A stretch of 61,655 bases of DNA, the filler included, from Asterionella formosa (lineage: Eukaryota): NCBI GenBank assembly GCA_002256025.1. It is 15 parts of 15 records of this genome, joined end to end, with 100 filler letters (N's around TTAATTAATTAA, not from the genome) between each part and the next. Parts side by side here need not be neighbours in the genome. Positions count along the whole stretch, not along the records: positions 24,748 to 28,768 come from NKIB01013766.1; positions 28,869 to 32,885 come from NKIB01013767.1; positions 32,986 to 37,003 come from NKIB01013768.1; positions 37,104 to 41,120 come from NKIB01013770.1; 11 more parts are not named here. One strand, given 5' to 3'. Each line of letters opens with the position of its first letter. Position 1 is the stretch's first letter. The notes beneath the pieces were generated by a model. The model was not told the DNA's origin. It made no database searches and worked only from the letters and a program-made list of their open reading frames with translations. Below, in pieces: positions 24,749-37,873 of the stretch. The translations under genes and the position numbers were made by a program.

Positions 24749-26266
24749 CATCCAGCTGTCGTAGCTTACGATTCGTTCATCGAGTCAGCTGTGGTTCCAT
24801 TTTGCAATTCATGTTGCGAACTGGAAGGCATGCAGAATACTGGAGACCTTTTCAGGAACGCATGGGTAGGAATTCGGACTATTGTTATCTTGGCATCGCG
24901 TAGTAGGATGCCTGCTGGTACGTTGCACACGGAGCTTCAACCTCAATTGAAGCCAGTTCAGAATGCCTTGGAAGAGATGCGTAAGCTTCGTTTAGATCGA
25001 AAGTTTGACTGCCATACCAAGGCTATCGTAGAGCTTTGCGGGGCGCTCAGTTGGGTGCTCATCAAGCCACCTCCTCAACTCCCAGCTGTCTTTTGCAAGG
25101 AAATGGTATCTAGTTGCGAGTTTTGGTCCAATAAAATTAGAAAGGAATACAAGGGAAAGGATGAAAAGCACGTTGTATTCTGTGATGCTCTCAAAACGGT
25201 GGGAAAGGAGATTGTAGCTTACATCACTGAATACCACAAGACTGGTTTGGCTTGGAATCCCCATGGAGTGTCCCTTGCCGAGGCTATCATTACTCTGGAG
25301 TCAGAACCCGAGCCTCAACAAAATGATCCAGGTTCACCAAGGAGACGCAAGCAGAGTTTTGTAACTGGAGGGGCTGGAGGAATGAACACTTTGATGGCGG
25401 AGCTGCAGAAGAAGCAAAACTCCGATGGATCGTCAGCTGCAACTGGACTGAAGCGAGTAAGTATTCAGACAAGCAATAATTATGTCAACCAATGCGTTCA
25501 TCATTTTATTAATTACTGACATTTTCAAAACTAGGTAACAAAAGACCAGCAGACGTGGAGAAAGGAGTTCAAAGGTGAAAAATTGGCTGTTGTACCTGCT
25601 GCAATTGTCGAGAAGCCTGTCGATATCCACAACAAACATCACAAGAAGCTTTCTGGCTTACCACTTTTAGAATACCAAGACCGCGGCCATAAGTGGGTTA
25701 TTGAGCATCAGACGAAAGAGTCAGCGGCACTTGTTTGCGAGAACGGGATGTTGGTTGTTGAAATTACAGATCCAAAACAGCAAGTCTATATCTTTAGCTG
25801 TGACCATATCACTATCCAAATCCAGGGCGAAAAAGTCAAATCTATTATCATGGACAGTTGCTCAAATGTCAACCTAGTATTTGGAAGCTGCTTGGCAGCA
25901 TGCGAAACCGTCAATTGTAAAAAGATTCAAATCCAGACAACGGGCCTCTGCCCCAGCTTCAGCATTGACAAGACAGCAGGTTGCTTGATTTATCTCAGTC
26001 AGGACACGATTGATACGACCTCCTTTGTAACATCTCAGTCGAGTGAAATGAATGGTGAGTTATGCATAGCCATTTCTTTTTTTGGCTGTTTGATTTGAAT
26101 GCAAGTCACAGCATTTCTCATCCATTTCTCGTTTGGTTTTTCTTCCGTCCACCCAGTGAGCTTTCCCAATGGCGACGAGCACAAGGAAGTTCCTATTCCA
26201 GAGCAGTTCGTGCATAAAATATTGAAGGGAAACCTAACGAGTGAGGTATCTGATCTTTATCATTAG
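24749..26266 (+). CDS. CAP: Adenylyl cyclase-associated protein (CAP/Srv2), 5'-partial; exons <24749-25456, 25535-26054, 26157-26266
   Basis: Motifs EFWSNKIRKEYK, EYHKTGLAWNP, WH2-like GLKR|VTKDQQTWRKE across the splice, and CAP_C with SSEMN|VSFP...EVPIPEQF. GT-AG introns of 78 nt (CTGAC branch) and 102 nt restore the frame. Confidence 0.93.
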
Positions 26267-26794
26267 AATTGATCGTAGTTTCAGCAGGGCAGGTAGGTAC
26301 CCTGGCACTTGCCTACTGCTGTACCAATTGATATGTTGTGTAAGGATTCTAGTAGGCATAAATGTTTGAAGTGCTCTAAGTACACAGTAGTCAACGATCT
26401 TACAGAGTAGCTAAGGCAGTCTATTGTGGCCCATGACTTGACGTGAAGAGCATTCCCATACAGACCACTCTGATGACGCTGTATGCTCCATAATATCCTG
26501 ATACCTTGCGACGAATGATTCCTGATTCGCATCCACAACAAGGTTTACAATTTATTGCTGGACTTCAAAGTGTTTCTTTCAAAAAATTGTAGATCTTCAA
26601 TCTTCGAATCAAATGGTACAATACATATCAAACAATGACCAAGTAGAACAGGGTCACCCCATTAATTCTCATGTCAACGAGAACCGGAGCAACATAGAAT
26701 TAGGTCGAATTGCATTTGATATTATCGACACAGCTGCTAGTAAAGCACATGCATCCCAACTCGTTGCAATCACTATAGAACATCTCGATAGAGA

Positions 26795-28156
26795 TCACGT
26801 TGCAAAAATGTTGTCCGAGGAACCGAGATTAATGACATTCAACGAATTCAGAAGAGCGATTTCGCTCGGGAGCGGCCCAGAAAAGTGATTATTCTGGAGA
26901 GAAATTACAGACAAGGATGTCATTTGACCAATCGAAGTAGGAAGCGTACCAGTCAGGCTGTTGTTTCCTACACCGAAGATTCCAACGTTTGATAGCTGTC
27001 CTATCTCCGACGGCAAAGGACCTATCAGAGAATTATTGCTCACACTGAAGTAGGTTAGGCTGCCTAGGTTCCCAAGATTCGTTGAAAGGCTACCGGTGAG
27101 AATGTTACTCGCCAAGTTTAGCTTTTGCAAGCTGCGCAAGTTGTATAATTCTTCCGGAATGGTACCAAGAATTTTGTTTCCTTGTAGCTCCAGGACCTCC
27201 AGACCAGAAAGTAGACCCAACTCTGGTGGAATCGACCCTGCGACATTGTTATCCTGTGAATCGATAGCGATTACCATCCCATCGCTATTGCAACTAACGG
27301 CTGCCTTGTTTGCCCAGAGACATTCATCCCTTTCGATAAGCCAGCCTGACTTATTCCACCATTGTTCACCAATGAGACCGTAATAGAGGGTGGCCATGGC
27401 GTACCTTTGAACTTTTCGCTGATCGCTGTAAATAAAAAACAGATCATCTGATGCCAACCATTGCAAAGCAGAATATTGTATTGCTGACGAGTCTCGGAGA
27501 GATGCACCGCCATCTCTTGCCAGAGGAGTCAACAATTTCAAGAGTTCCTGAGCATTAGGGGATGTGCCAGGAAACGTTGGTGCCAATGTTAATGGTCTCG
27601 GCGATGGTTGCATAGTTGGTTGCGTGGATGAGCTAGGTAGGACGACCGTTCCTTCTGATGCGTTGGCGTTGTTCCCGCCATTATGATTGCCACTGGTCAA
27701 AATAAAAATGAAAACCACAACAATAACAAAAATGAAAACAAGGACGAGGGCAGCACCAAAGTAGTACATCCTTCGATTTAAGTTCGTCCCGTTCGCCTTA
27801 ACCACACCAGGTCCCTTAATGGTTGCTCTTGAGGTAGTGGAAACATACGATTCCGCTGGCATTTCATCCGATTCTTTCTTCTCTTTCTTTCCTCCTGCTG
27901 AATCCTTCGTGACCGATTGGCGAGACTGGTAGCGTTGCGAGCTTACTAGCGCGGACCCGCACCTTCCCAAGTCGTCTTCCTCGTCCATCGAAACATAGCT
28001 GTCCTTAGTAAGAACACCATCATCGTCCGAAAAATGAGTAGATTTCCTCTGGTCAAACGAAAGCGAAAGTGTGAGATTTATGTCTTGTCCTTTATCTGCT
28101 AGTACATTTGATGAAACACGGGGCGGCGAATGTAGTATTCCATTCGGATTCGACAT
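26795..28156 (-). CDS. Single-pass membrane leucine-rich-repeat protein (diatom-type LRR family); C-terminal Cys cap out of frame
   Basis: Likely start MSNPNG. TM segment YFGAALVLVFIFVIVVVFIFIL; Pro/Thr stalk; QYSALQWL / QRYAMATLYY / ECLW N-cap; plant-type LRRs (LxxLxLxxNxLxGxIPxE). Confidence 0.88.
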   Translation of the reverse strand: MSNPNGILHSPPRVSSNVLADKGQDINLTLSLSFDQRKSTHFSDDDGVLTKDSYVSMDEEDDLGRCGSALVSSQRYQSRQSVTKDSAGGKKEKKESDEMPAESYVSTTSRATIKGPGVVKANGTNLNRRMYYFGAALVLVFIFVIVVVFIFILTSGNHNGGNNANASEGTVVLPSSSTQPTMQPSPRPLTLAPTFPGTSPNAQELLKLLTPLARDGGASLRDSSAIQYSALQWLASDDLFFIYSDQRKVQRYAMATLYYGLIGEQWWNKSGWLIERDECLWANKAAVSCNSDGMVIAIDSQDNNVAGSIPPELGLLSGLEVLELQGNKILGTIPEELYNLRSLQKLNLASNILTGSLSTNLGNLGSLTYFSVSNNSLIGPLPSEIGQLSNVGIFGVGNNSLTGTLPTSIGQMTSLSVISLQNNHFSGPLPSEIALLNSLNVINLGSSDNIFAT

Positions 28157-29347
28157 GTTTGCTCCTCTTGCAATAAATGCAGACGATTCTCGATATATGT
28201 TTCTCTTTCCGCTGGAATTCACTTCTCTGAATTTGCTGAAACAAAAATAAGCTTCGATGTAGGCTTTATTGTATGAAAGCAAATATGAGTATCAGTGCAG
28301 TGACAAAGAACGGGGTGGGCGTAGCAATTGAGTTTCGTCCTCAATGAGCACACCAGGGCACGAAATGGTGCGAAAGCGAATTTTCGGGGAACTTCATCAC
28401 CGAGATACATACCGGCATGATGTTATCGTACAAGGTCACCGACCTACATACGAGTACCTGTACACACTTTGTCTGGAAACAAAATTCGAAACACGAACAA
28501 GTAATTTTTCAAGGCGACAAAAATGCTAACAAGAGTAAGTCATTCTCGAAATTATCCAGCAATTCCCGCTCCAGCTATCGTCTTGCCATTCGGGTACTTT
28601 TTAAGTAATTTTTAGGCTCTAAGTAATTTGTTAAGTAATTTCTATTTAGGGGCAATATGGGGCACATCGAATTTTTCGGCATAAAAATTGCCGATTTTTA
28701 GCATGACCCAGCCGGAACGACGGAAATATACAAACATGGAGCAACCAAAGAAACGGTATTTTATGCAANNNNNNNNNNNNNNNNNNNNNNNNNNNNNNNN
28801 NNNNNNNNNNNNTTAATTAATTAANNNNNNNNNNNNNNNNNNNNNNNNNNNNNNNNNNNNNNNNNNNNTCCCATTGTATCAATATATCTGGTAAGTAAGC
28901 AGTAGATGTTTTGTTGCAGGTAATGGCGCATCGCCAATTCGTTTGTACCAAGACACCATTGGTTTTGTTTGCGGCATTCAATTCTGTCTGGGTTGCTGAA
29001 ACTGCTGTCAGTTGTATTTCATCATGAAGAAGTGTGGTCGGAGTATATATATTTACGGCACTACTGGTAAATTGCGGGGAAAACTAACTAATTCCAAAAT
29101 AGGAATCATAATATTTCATTTATAAAAGTAGTCTAATAGAAATATTTTACTTTTTTTATAATGGGTTTGTCATCCTACGTCACAGTAGATGGGTGGTTGA
29201 CAGCATTTAGGATTTCCCAAAAAACGATAGCATCGTTTTTTTCGTCAGTTGACCAAAACCAAAACCAATCCAAAAAAAGTTTTTGGGTTTTGGTTTGGGT
29301 CAACAGTTAGCAATGGCCTTATAGCCATCAATGCTATATTCTTGACA

Positions 29348-32300
29348 TCCTCCTCGTTACCATGTTCAAGAAGTTCTAAAAATGTACCGCTCAGTACAGG
29401 TCCAGATAACCTTGTAAAAATCTGCTCTTTGACATTCTTCATCAAAATGTCTGCTGGATTGTTTTCTGATCTTAGAAAAACAATATTCAACTCACCCTCA
29501 TCTATCATGTTCTTGACATGATGAAACTTGATATCAATATGTTCTGTTCTTTTTCCGAGCTGTTGATTCTTCACTGTGAATATTGCACTTGTATTTTCCT
29601 CACGTCAAATGCTTGGTAGGATATTTTTACCACCTGTCACTTTGTTCAGTAACATTGCAATAAATTTGATCTCTTGAGCACATTGCAACATCGCAACGTA
29701 TTCTGCTTCTCTGCTTGACAGTGCAACGGATGGCGGCCCTTTGATTGCCAACTGATCAACGCACCACCAATGGTAACCAGAAAACCCGTAGTACTTTTCC
29801 GGCTTACCTTATTAGTGGCCCAGTCACTATCAACATAAGCAATAACCCGTAATTCCTTAGGTTTTCGAATCTTGAAAACTCTGTCCAATTTGCTTGATAA
29901 GAATCCAATAACTCGTGAAACTCCATCCCAGTTTTCTTCGCCTGGACAGCTTAAATATGAAGATAATTCACGTACTGCATTGGCACAGTCCGGGGAATCT
30001 TTCTTAGTAGACCATAATAATTTCCCAACAATCTTGCGATATTCCGCCTCCATACTAATAGTTTCTCCATTATTGGCTCCTAATGTTTTTCCTGGTGCTC
30101 CTGGTGTCACATAAGACTTTATCTTCTTACCAGTACGCATCTCATATTCCAGTAGCATTTCAGTACGAAATTTCTTCAGCTGTACTTCCCAGTATTCTCC
30201 AAATTTGTCATGCTTGCGCATATATTCCAACCCTAAGTGTTTTCGTAGGGAACCTTGTTCCGTGATATTAAAATCTTCCTTGATCATATTTTTCATATAG
30301 TCGACTGCATTCCTGGTACCACATATAATTCCATCATCCACATAGTTTGCCAATAGCCCTTCAATTTGTCCATCATTCTTACGGTAGATAAACAACATTG
30401 GGTCTATTTCGATTTTTTTATACCTGTCTTGCTGGTGACGCATTTCGCAAATTGTCTTGGACCAGCATCTTGGAGCTTGCACAATTCCATACATAGTCTT
30501 AATTAGTTTGCAGATGTGTGTATTCTGATCATTCCCTGTCAATCCTTCTGGGGGCTCAAGAATATAAATGTCTTTGTCGACGTCAGCATTTAAAAATGCT
30601 GCTTCAACGTCGATTGCTTCCGCTATTGAGCCATAGTACATAGTAACAGCCAGAACAGTTTTTATTGTAGCATCACTTGCAACAGGAGCAAATGTCTCAG
30701 TAAAATCAACTCCCGGGATCTGTTCATATCCCTTCATGACCAACCGTGCCTTGTATACTGTCTTGCCAGTTATCACGTCCTCCTTAATACAGAAGACCCA
30801 CCTTGTCTTAAGAGCTCGCTTGTTCACCTCATTTCTCTTAAGAATTTTCCACACTCCTCTTACTTAGAAGTTTTCGAATTATTTCTTTATAGCTTTCATC
30901 CACTCTTTGCGGTCCGGTCTTGCCATCGCCTCATCATCACTATTTGGTAAACCTGGATCCGATGCAAGACTTGCATTGAATACGGAATTTACTTCAGTTT
31001 CCTTATTCGAAGAAGTTTCCTCCTCAATCACATTTGGTAGTGAGGTGTCTGGAGTGAATTTAACACTTTTAGTTGGATTATACGATGAGCGAGTCCAACT
31101 TCTTCATTTCTCATCCCAACTTTGCCTGTTTAGATAGGAGCGTAGTTGGGTTTTTAGTCTTTGCTCATTGCTTCAAAACATTTCTCTCTCCTAGGTGAGA
31201 CATTTCATAACTCCTTGAGGTAGATTTTCCTTTTTCAGTGTCTGCGGTTGATTTATCCTTGTCGTCGTCATCTTCCTCATTGTCTGAAACTTCTGGTAGT
31301 AAATCTTCATTGTAGAAATCATCATCTAATCCGTCATTATTGACTTCAGTTTCTGGTTGAACTGCAACTTTCTCTTTGGCATTGTCCTTGTAGATTTTTC
31401 CTAGTCCGTCTGTAGGTGCATTTGTTCCATGCCACTCACTGCACTTAACATTGCGTGTATTGATGACAGTGTTAGTCTCATGATTATACATACAATACGT
31501 ATCTTGGGAGTGGTCCTCCGAATAACCCAAAAAGACACATTTGAAAGAACGTGCGTCTAATTTCTTAATACCATGTCTTGCAGTAACCCAGCCTATGCGC
31601 CCAAATTGCTTGTATAACTTGTAGGGCCTTCTTGGATTCATCTCGCCGTAGAACATGTCGTCGGGACTTCTTTTAGTTACTGAGTTAACTTGACTATATG
31701 TTAAATTGTCATGATGCCGCTCAACTTCCATCCAAATAATTTCGCCGTAATCGTGCAAACATTTCTCGCCCACATGACCAAGCATTGCATGCGCTTCATT
31801 AATATCGACAATCACATAATTATTTTCAAACTCACCATTTTGATTATTCCATTTGTTCTTTCCCTTATTCGTTTTCTTTGCTTCAACTTTCGTCCAATCG
31901 TTTCGTTGTAGTCGTCGATCGATTGTTGTGTAGTGTTCTCTTGTAGTTGCTCGATTTCCATCACCGTTTGCTTGATGATCGGATTACCTTCGACATGATA
32001 CATTGCTCCGAGTTTTCGAGTTTTATCTCTTTTGCAGGTTAGAAAGCCGCTGTTGTTTCGTATAGTCATTATCGTCCTCGAAGATCACTTGATTACCCTT
32101 GTCGATCATTCTAGAGACACTGATGATGTTCTGCTTGAATTCCGGTGCATAAAGCATATCGGTGAGTTTCAAGCGTTTTCCTTCGTCCGTAGTCGTCAGG
32201 GTCATGGTACCAGAGACAGTTGATACTATCTCAGTTCCATTCCCTACCACGACCGTTTCACTCACTTGTTTCTTGTCTTCCATCATGCGCACGTCCGTGC

Positions 32301-32885
32301 AGATGTGAATGGTAGCACCGCTGTCTAACAACCAGCGATTTCTGACGTCACGAGCGAGGTTTACTTCCTCGTTGTAACTAATTGCGACGCATGTGGCGAC
32401 GAACATTCCTTGCTGGGTAGATGTAGTCGTGTTGTTCTCTTCGTTTTTATTATATTTAGATGCACTGTTACTAGTGCACTCACTTGCGTAGTGTCCCATG
32501 CGTTGGCACTTGAAACACTTAATCGTTTTCCACCTTTCTTTCTGCTCAGGAATGAGCTCCTTCTTGTCGGCGCTATTGCCCTTGCTGCGACAGTCAGCCG
32601 CCTTGTGGCCATACTTGCCACACTTACAACAGTCACCTTTGAACTTCCCCTTCGTGTAGAAGGCCTGTTCACTCTTGTTCTTGTTAGTCGTTTTGACGTC
32701 ATCCCGGACATATAGATCGTAGTAGTCCTGGATGTCTGTCTTAATCTCTTCGACCGTTAGCGTGTTGCGCGCCAGGCCGAACCTTCCTACTACCAAACTC
32801 TTGTAGCTTTCAGGTAGGTTGTTGATCATGTGTGCCACATAGGCACCATCCAAAACGGCGGAGCTTGTATTGCCCAATCGTTCCC
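29348..32885 (-). mobile_element. Third Ty1/copia family, degenerate gag-pol with integrase core deleted
   Basis: Two zinc knuckles (CCKCGKYGHKAADC, CFKCQRMGHYASEC); protease WLLDSGAT; HAMLGH pre-integrase; RT (YKARLV, IDVEAAFLN, YVDD); RNase H (YVDSDWA, NPADILMK). The purine tract GAGGAGGA is followed by TGTCAAG at 29347, a probable 3' LTR start. Confidence 0.93.
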
Positions 32886-33725
32886 NNNNNNNNNNNNNNN
32901 NNNNNNNNNNNNNNNNNNNNNNNNNNNNNTTAATTAATTAANNNNNNNNNNNNNNNNNNNNNNNNNNNNNNNNNNNNNNNNNNNNGGAAAACGAGGTAAT
33001 ATTTTCTAACCGTTTACCATTAAAAAGTATATATACATGATGAAAAATAAATGAATGGCTTAAGACCACTAAAATGCAAAATGAACGACTTAAAAAGTTG
33101 GATATCGCAAGATATATCCTTCCAATTGTTAAAATGATTCATTTATCTAGTGCTTGCATGCATTAGTTGACCTCTGTTCAAAGGGTTTTAAATGGCGTCG
33201 GCTGAACATTTTTCTAATTTTAGTCCAAAAACGGGGTAATATAGTGGTCTTAAGCAGTTTTTGACTGGTACCTGGTACCAGGGTACCTCAATCCACAGAT
33301 TACGTAGACTACAACGAAGTAAAATATAGTGAAAAGTAAAATTAGCTTTCACCAATAGCACGCTAAGGCCGGCCTAAGGCCATTGCTAACGGTAGACCAA
33401 AACGCAAACCAAACAGTGTTTTGGTTTCGGTAACCCTAAAACACGATGCTATCGGGAGTGAAAAACCCAACGCAACTGCATTACGTTTAGGGGATTCCGT
33501 GCCCATATCCCAATAAGTTACCCAAATGCATTACATTTAGGTTTTTTTTCAAGTTACCTAAACATAGGATTCCATATTGACTACTTTGAATGTAGTCACT
33601 AGAAAGCCAATTATTATCATCATAGGATCAGTACATATAGGACGCATCATTTACCAGTATATCTACATAGATACAACAATAGTTAAATGGTACTCTGGTA
33701 CCAGGTACCAGGGGACCACACTGTC

Positions 33726-33821
33726 AAGAACAACAAGAACAAGAACAACAAGAACAAGAACAACAAGAACAAGAACAACAAGAACAAGAACAAGAACAAG
33801 AACAACAAGAACAACAACAAG

Positions 33822-33918
<97 letters not shown>
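33726..33918. repeat. Compound microsatellite (AACAAG/AAC)n grading into pure (AAC)n
   Basis: Directly visible. It accounts for the poly-N, poly-T, poly-V, poly-L and poly-C ORFs in the track. Confidence 0.97.
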
Positions 33919-34724
33919 TAATGGCCACTGAACATGATTCCATGTTATTTCAACCACCAGAAGATGATAGTAGATGGTCATGTGGACCATTCACAATTGT
34001 GAAAATATTGGAAACTCTATTGCAACTAGAAAGGAATGGCAAAATCAAATTTCTTGGCAACCGGGCACAATTCCGTTTGGAGACGGAGTCCTGGAAAATT
34101 TTAAATTATCAGGTGGTAGCAACAGATGGAACAGACGATTTGTTATCTGTTACATCTGACCCACCAACCAAGTCAACATACTTTCATCTTGGAACAGTTT
34201 GGCCTCAAGTGCTGACAACGACAAATTCTAGTGAGAATATGTTTTTAAACGAGTAAATCATCAGTCCATTGATCAGTGAGACCATTTGAAACTGAACTTT
34301 CTTCCCTCACACTTTTTTTGATAAGTGGTTTCCCACCAATGTCGACAAAATCAGTACTAGAATGACGAATATCGTTCTCTGAAATTTCATGCGTATCTGG
34401 ATTGAAACCCACATATTTTTGTTGCAATCGGAATTTCCCTTTCAGCACCAAGAAGCAAAAGGCTTCTGCACTGGTATTGATCAGCAAACCAACAAAACGT
34501 GATTGCAATTCACACTGTGCCCGAAGACTTAGTTGAAATTTGGTCACACCAGACTTGTCTCCTGTTAAAAATGGTTCTCCACGGCTTGTCCTGCCTATAA
34601 ATACACAGGAGCAAGAACATCACGCCAGACTTGGTATCCATGGCTTCCTCTCTCAATGTCCTTTGACTGCGCAAGACGATAAAGCGTGAACGCCAGCTAA
34701 TAAAGTCATCAATATCCATAGTCT

Positions 34725-35190
34725 GGAAGTTATATTCTGATAGACCAGCTGGTGTGTCATGAATTATGTTAGCATTTTTAAATTGAAACATATTTGCTTG
34801 ATAAGAATATAATCACCGACTCAAAACATCATGCTTTCAGAGCATCTCCCGCCCTGCAAGAACTTACCTAAGATTCGCTCCTTTAAATTGATTATTCAAT
34901 ACATTCTGACATTCACTCGCTCAACTTTTTAATGCACATGCCACCAAATGTTGATTTGATTTAATCCAAACGTGCCTTGTTGGTACATTCAATGGTCTGA
35001 TTCATCGGAAGTAGAGCATTAGAACATTCCATATGAACAAATCGGCAAGCTCTGGGTCACTCTCGTCAACTTCTTTGCCTAACTCCAGTTTCACTGTGTA
35101 TAGCCGAGTTAGGCAAAATTCGGCAAACCAATCCTGTTTGTGATTGGAAATGCCTTTCATACTACTTGGACCTGATAGGGCGGGATGTTT
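34725..35190. repeat. Segment duplicated in inverted orientation at 40681-41120
   Basis: Nucleotide alignment by eye. Both copies translate to LSGPSSMKGISNHKQ.WFA..CLTRLYTVK.ELGKEV. Confidence 0.85.
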
Positions 35191-35477
35191 AAAAGAAAAA
35201 CGTTTTTCCTGATTGAACAATCTACAACGATTGGTATCCCCTTCACAACCAATACCGTTCCATTCCTTGTAGCACTCGGAACATTTGCCATTCCGCCCAG
35301 ATAACAAGTGATATATTGCACTATCGATACTAGCGTGCGAATGTCAAGAGAAACGTGTCTGTGACAGAAGGAAGCAGAAAGGGATAATGGTCTGTCTACT
35401 ATAGGATTAGACAGTGGGCAAGAAGTGCTGGATCGGAAGCGATGCAGCACTGACATACTCAGTAATAGACATTAGAT

Positions 35478-36036
35478 TGGTAGCGCAAAGCTACAGCTTC
35501 ATAGTACCAGCGTAGTAATAGGTATAGTTTCTTAGTACCTGCATCATGTTCCATCCGGGTATTGAAACAAGGGGAAAACAGGAATGCTGGTAGGGCAAAC
35601 CTACAGTTTCACAGTACTAACGTAGTAATAGGTATAGTTTCACAGTAGCCACGTCATGTTCCGACCGGCAGGTATTTGAAACAAGGGGAAGAACGGAATG
35701 CTGGTAGGGCTAACCTACAGTTTCACAGTACCAGCGTAGTAATAGATATAGTTTCACAATAGCCACGTCATGTTCCAAGCGGCGGGTATTGAAACAAGGG
35801 GAAGAAAGGAATGCTGGTAGGGCAAACCTACACTTTCACAGTACTAACGTAGTAATAGATATGGTTTCACAGTAGCCACGTCATGTTCCGACCAGGTATT
35901 GAAACAAGCAAGGCGAAGAAGGGAATGCTGGTAGGGCAAACCTACACTTTCACAGTACTAACGTAGTAACAGCATGGTTTCACAGTAGCCACATCATGTT
36001 CCGACCGGGTATTGAAACAAGGGGATGATGGGAATG
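35478..36036. repeat. Tandem array of five ~113-bp units
   Basis: Units begin TGGTAG at 35478, 35588, 35702, 35815 and 35929 (periods 110, 114, 113, 114). Each unit has two TTTCACAGTA-like sub-repeats. Confidence 0.95.
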
Positions 36037-36146
36037 TGGAAATTTTATTCACAGATGTTGGTGCCCATTAATCTAATTTAGTTTATGCTCATACTACTTT
36101 TCTTTTAGTTTCTAAATAGATAATTTTATGGTTTAGGGATGATCAT

Positions 36147-37003
36147 TTACATTACGAAGTGATGGACAAACAATCTTGTTTTGTTTCCATAAATATCAAA
36201 ATGTTCAATGAGTTTACTCTTGAAGAAATGTAAACTTAAATGCCGGACCACTCGAACTGTATCAACATTCTTTGTTAGCACTTCAATATTGAAATTGTCA
36301 TTTGGATCCGGCACTAAATTGTGAATTGCATCAGGAATTTCTCCATCACCATCATTACCAGGACCCATTCCAGAGGTATCAATTGTTTGCAAGCTGGCTA
36401 ATCCAAGTACCGCTGGTGGTCTTGCAACTGCATTTATCCTTTGAATAGCAAAAGGTGCTTCAGCTAAATTTAATTGGCCTAATGGTCCTTCCCAGTCACT
36501 TAAAACACCATTTTGCCATTGCAGGTCTAAGCCATCAGCCAATATCAAGAAATATGTCATGAAATGCGCAACATGTTAGCCAGACCTGACCTTGCTTGTC
36601 AGGTTCTGTTACTCCATGTATTCGGATGCCTGATTTTAAAATCCGCCAGCATCCCTTGAGTATTCCAAAGGTACATTCCACATCTTTTCTAAGTGACTCT
36701 AGCCATTCAGACCATCTAAGTTCTTGTTCAGTTTCTGGGTTTTTGGTTGGAGGCACTGTTGTAGACCATTTTAGATATCCATTGTCAACTATCAAAAAGC
36801 ATTTACTATACTTTATGGATACAACAACTGCTCCATTCCGATCTTTTTCTTTAAGCTCAAACTCCACATCTTTTAAGGCATCTCCACCATTCTGGATGCC
36901 TCGAGCAAAAGTATCAAAGTTGATTAATGTTTTATCATTCCATCGACAAGGATGCCCTGTGGTACTAGTAGACAGGATCCTCTGGCGATGATTCACAGTA
37001 GCA
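36147..37003 (-). pseudogene. PIF/Harbinger DDE transposase, 3' part, frameshifted near 36555
   Basis: Motifs GHPCRWNDKT, LIVDNGY, WLESLRKDVECTFGILKGCWRIL and TCCAFH. Confidence 0.88.
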
Positions 37004-37873
37004 NNNNNNNNNNNNNNNNNNNNNNNNNNNNNNNNNNNNNNNNNNNNTTAATTAATTAANNNNNNNNNNNNNNNNNNNNNNNNNNNNNNNNNNNNNNNNN
37101 NNNTATTATAGAATTACGTGAACAAAAATTTAAGGCAATGTGAACTGAATTACAGAATTAATTGAAGTATTTCAAATAATTATGTGAAGTATTTCAAATA
37201 ATTATGTGAAGGTGATCACGTAATATAGTGATGATCAGGAAAGCATGCATGATACTCTGATCAAAAAATGAATGTGATGTATTCAGATAATATATAGATA
37301 TATTCAAAAAAGCATTTTGAAGTATTCAACTAATTCATGTGATCCATTCAAAATCAACTAGGCTTATTTACGTTATGGTCACTTCACGTAATACGCGGCT
37401 TAGATGTGTTGTACACATAGATCTGAATATCATCAATATTACTGATACTTTGTTTTATTTTATTCAATGTTGAATGGTTTCACTTGATTAGAATTTAGTC
37501 TGTAAAAAATTCAGTAAGTGATATTGGAATATATACAATGCTGTATGAGTTCATCTTTTACCACGGTGTAATATAGAGTATAAATAAAGGTTGTACGACA
37601 ATTAGGTACAGAGTAATAGTTAATGATATAATTAAGCCCCATCATGGAAATGACATAGACATAAAAAAGGGTTAGGGTTAGAATGCGAAGTATGGATATG
37701 TACTGCAGTCGTACAAAATTTGACGGAAAATGATCTTATGATTAGTTGTTAATGATTTTAACTCTAGTGTTTGTATTATCATGGTATACAGTAATACATT
37801 TTAAATGTTGTAAGTAGGGCCCTATTTCATCTACATCTGCTATCATGTTCACAAGTAAGGACTGCTAGGAGAA

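Noticed and set aside
33577..34256. Poly-Asn, poly-Thr, poly-Val, poly-Leu and poly-Cys proteins
   Set aside because: These are translations of the (AAC)n microsatellite. The short ORF after it (ATG 33921) has no recognisable domain.
35478..36036. CRISPR array (GTTTC...ATTGAAAC repeat-like ends)
   Set aside because: The would-be spacers are ~70 bp and nearly identical to each other, there are no cas genes, and the context is eukaryotic. It is a tandem repeat.
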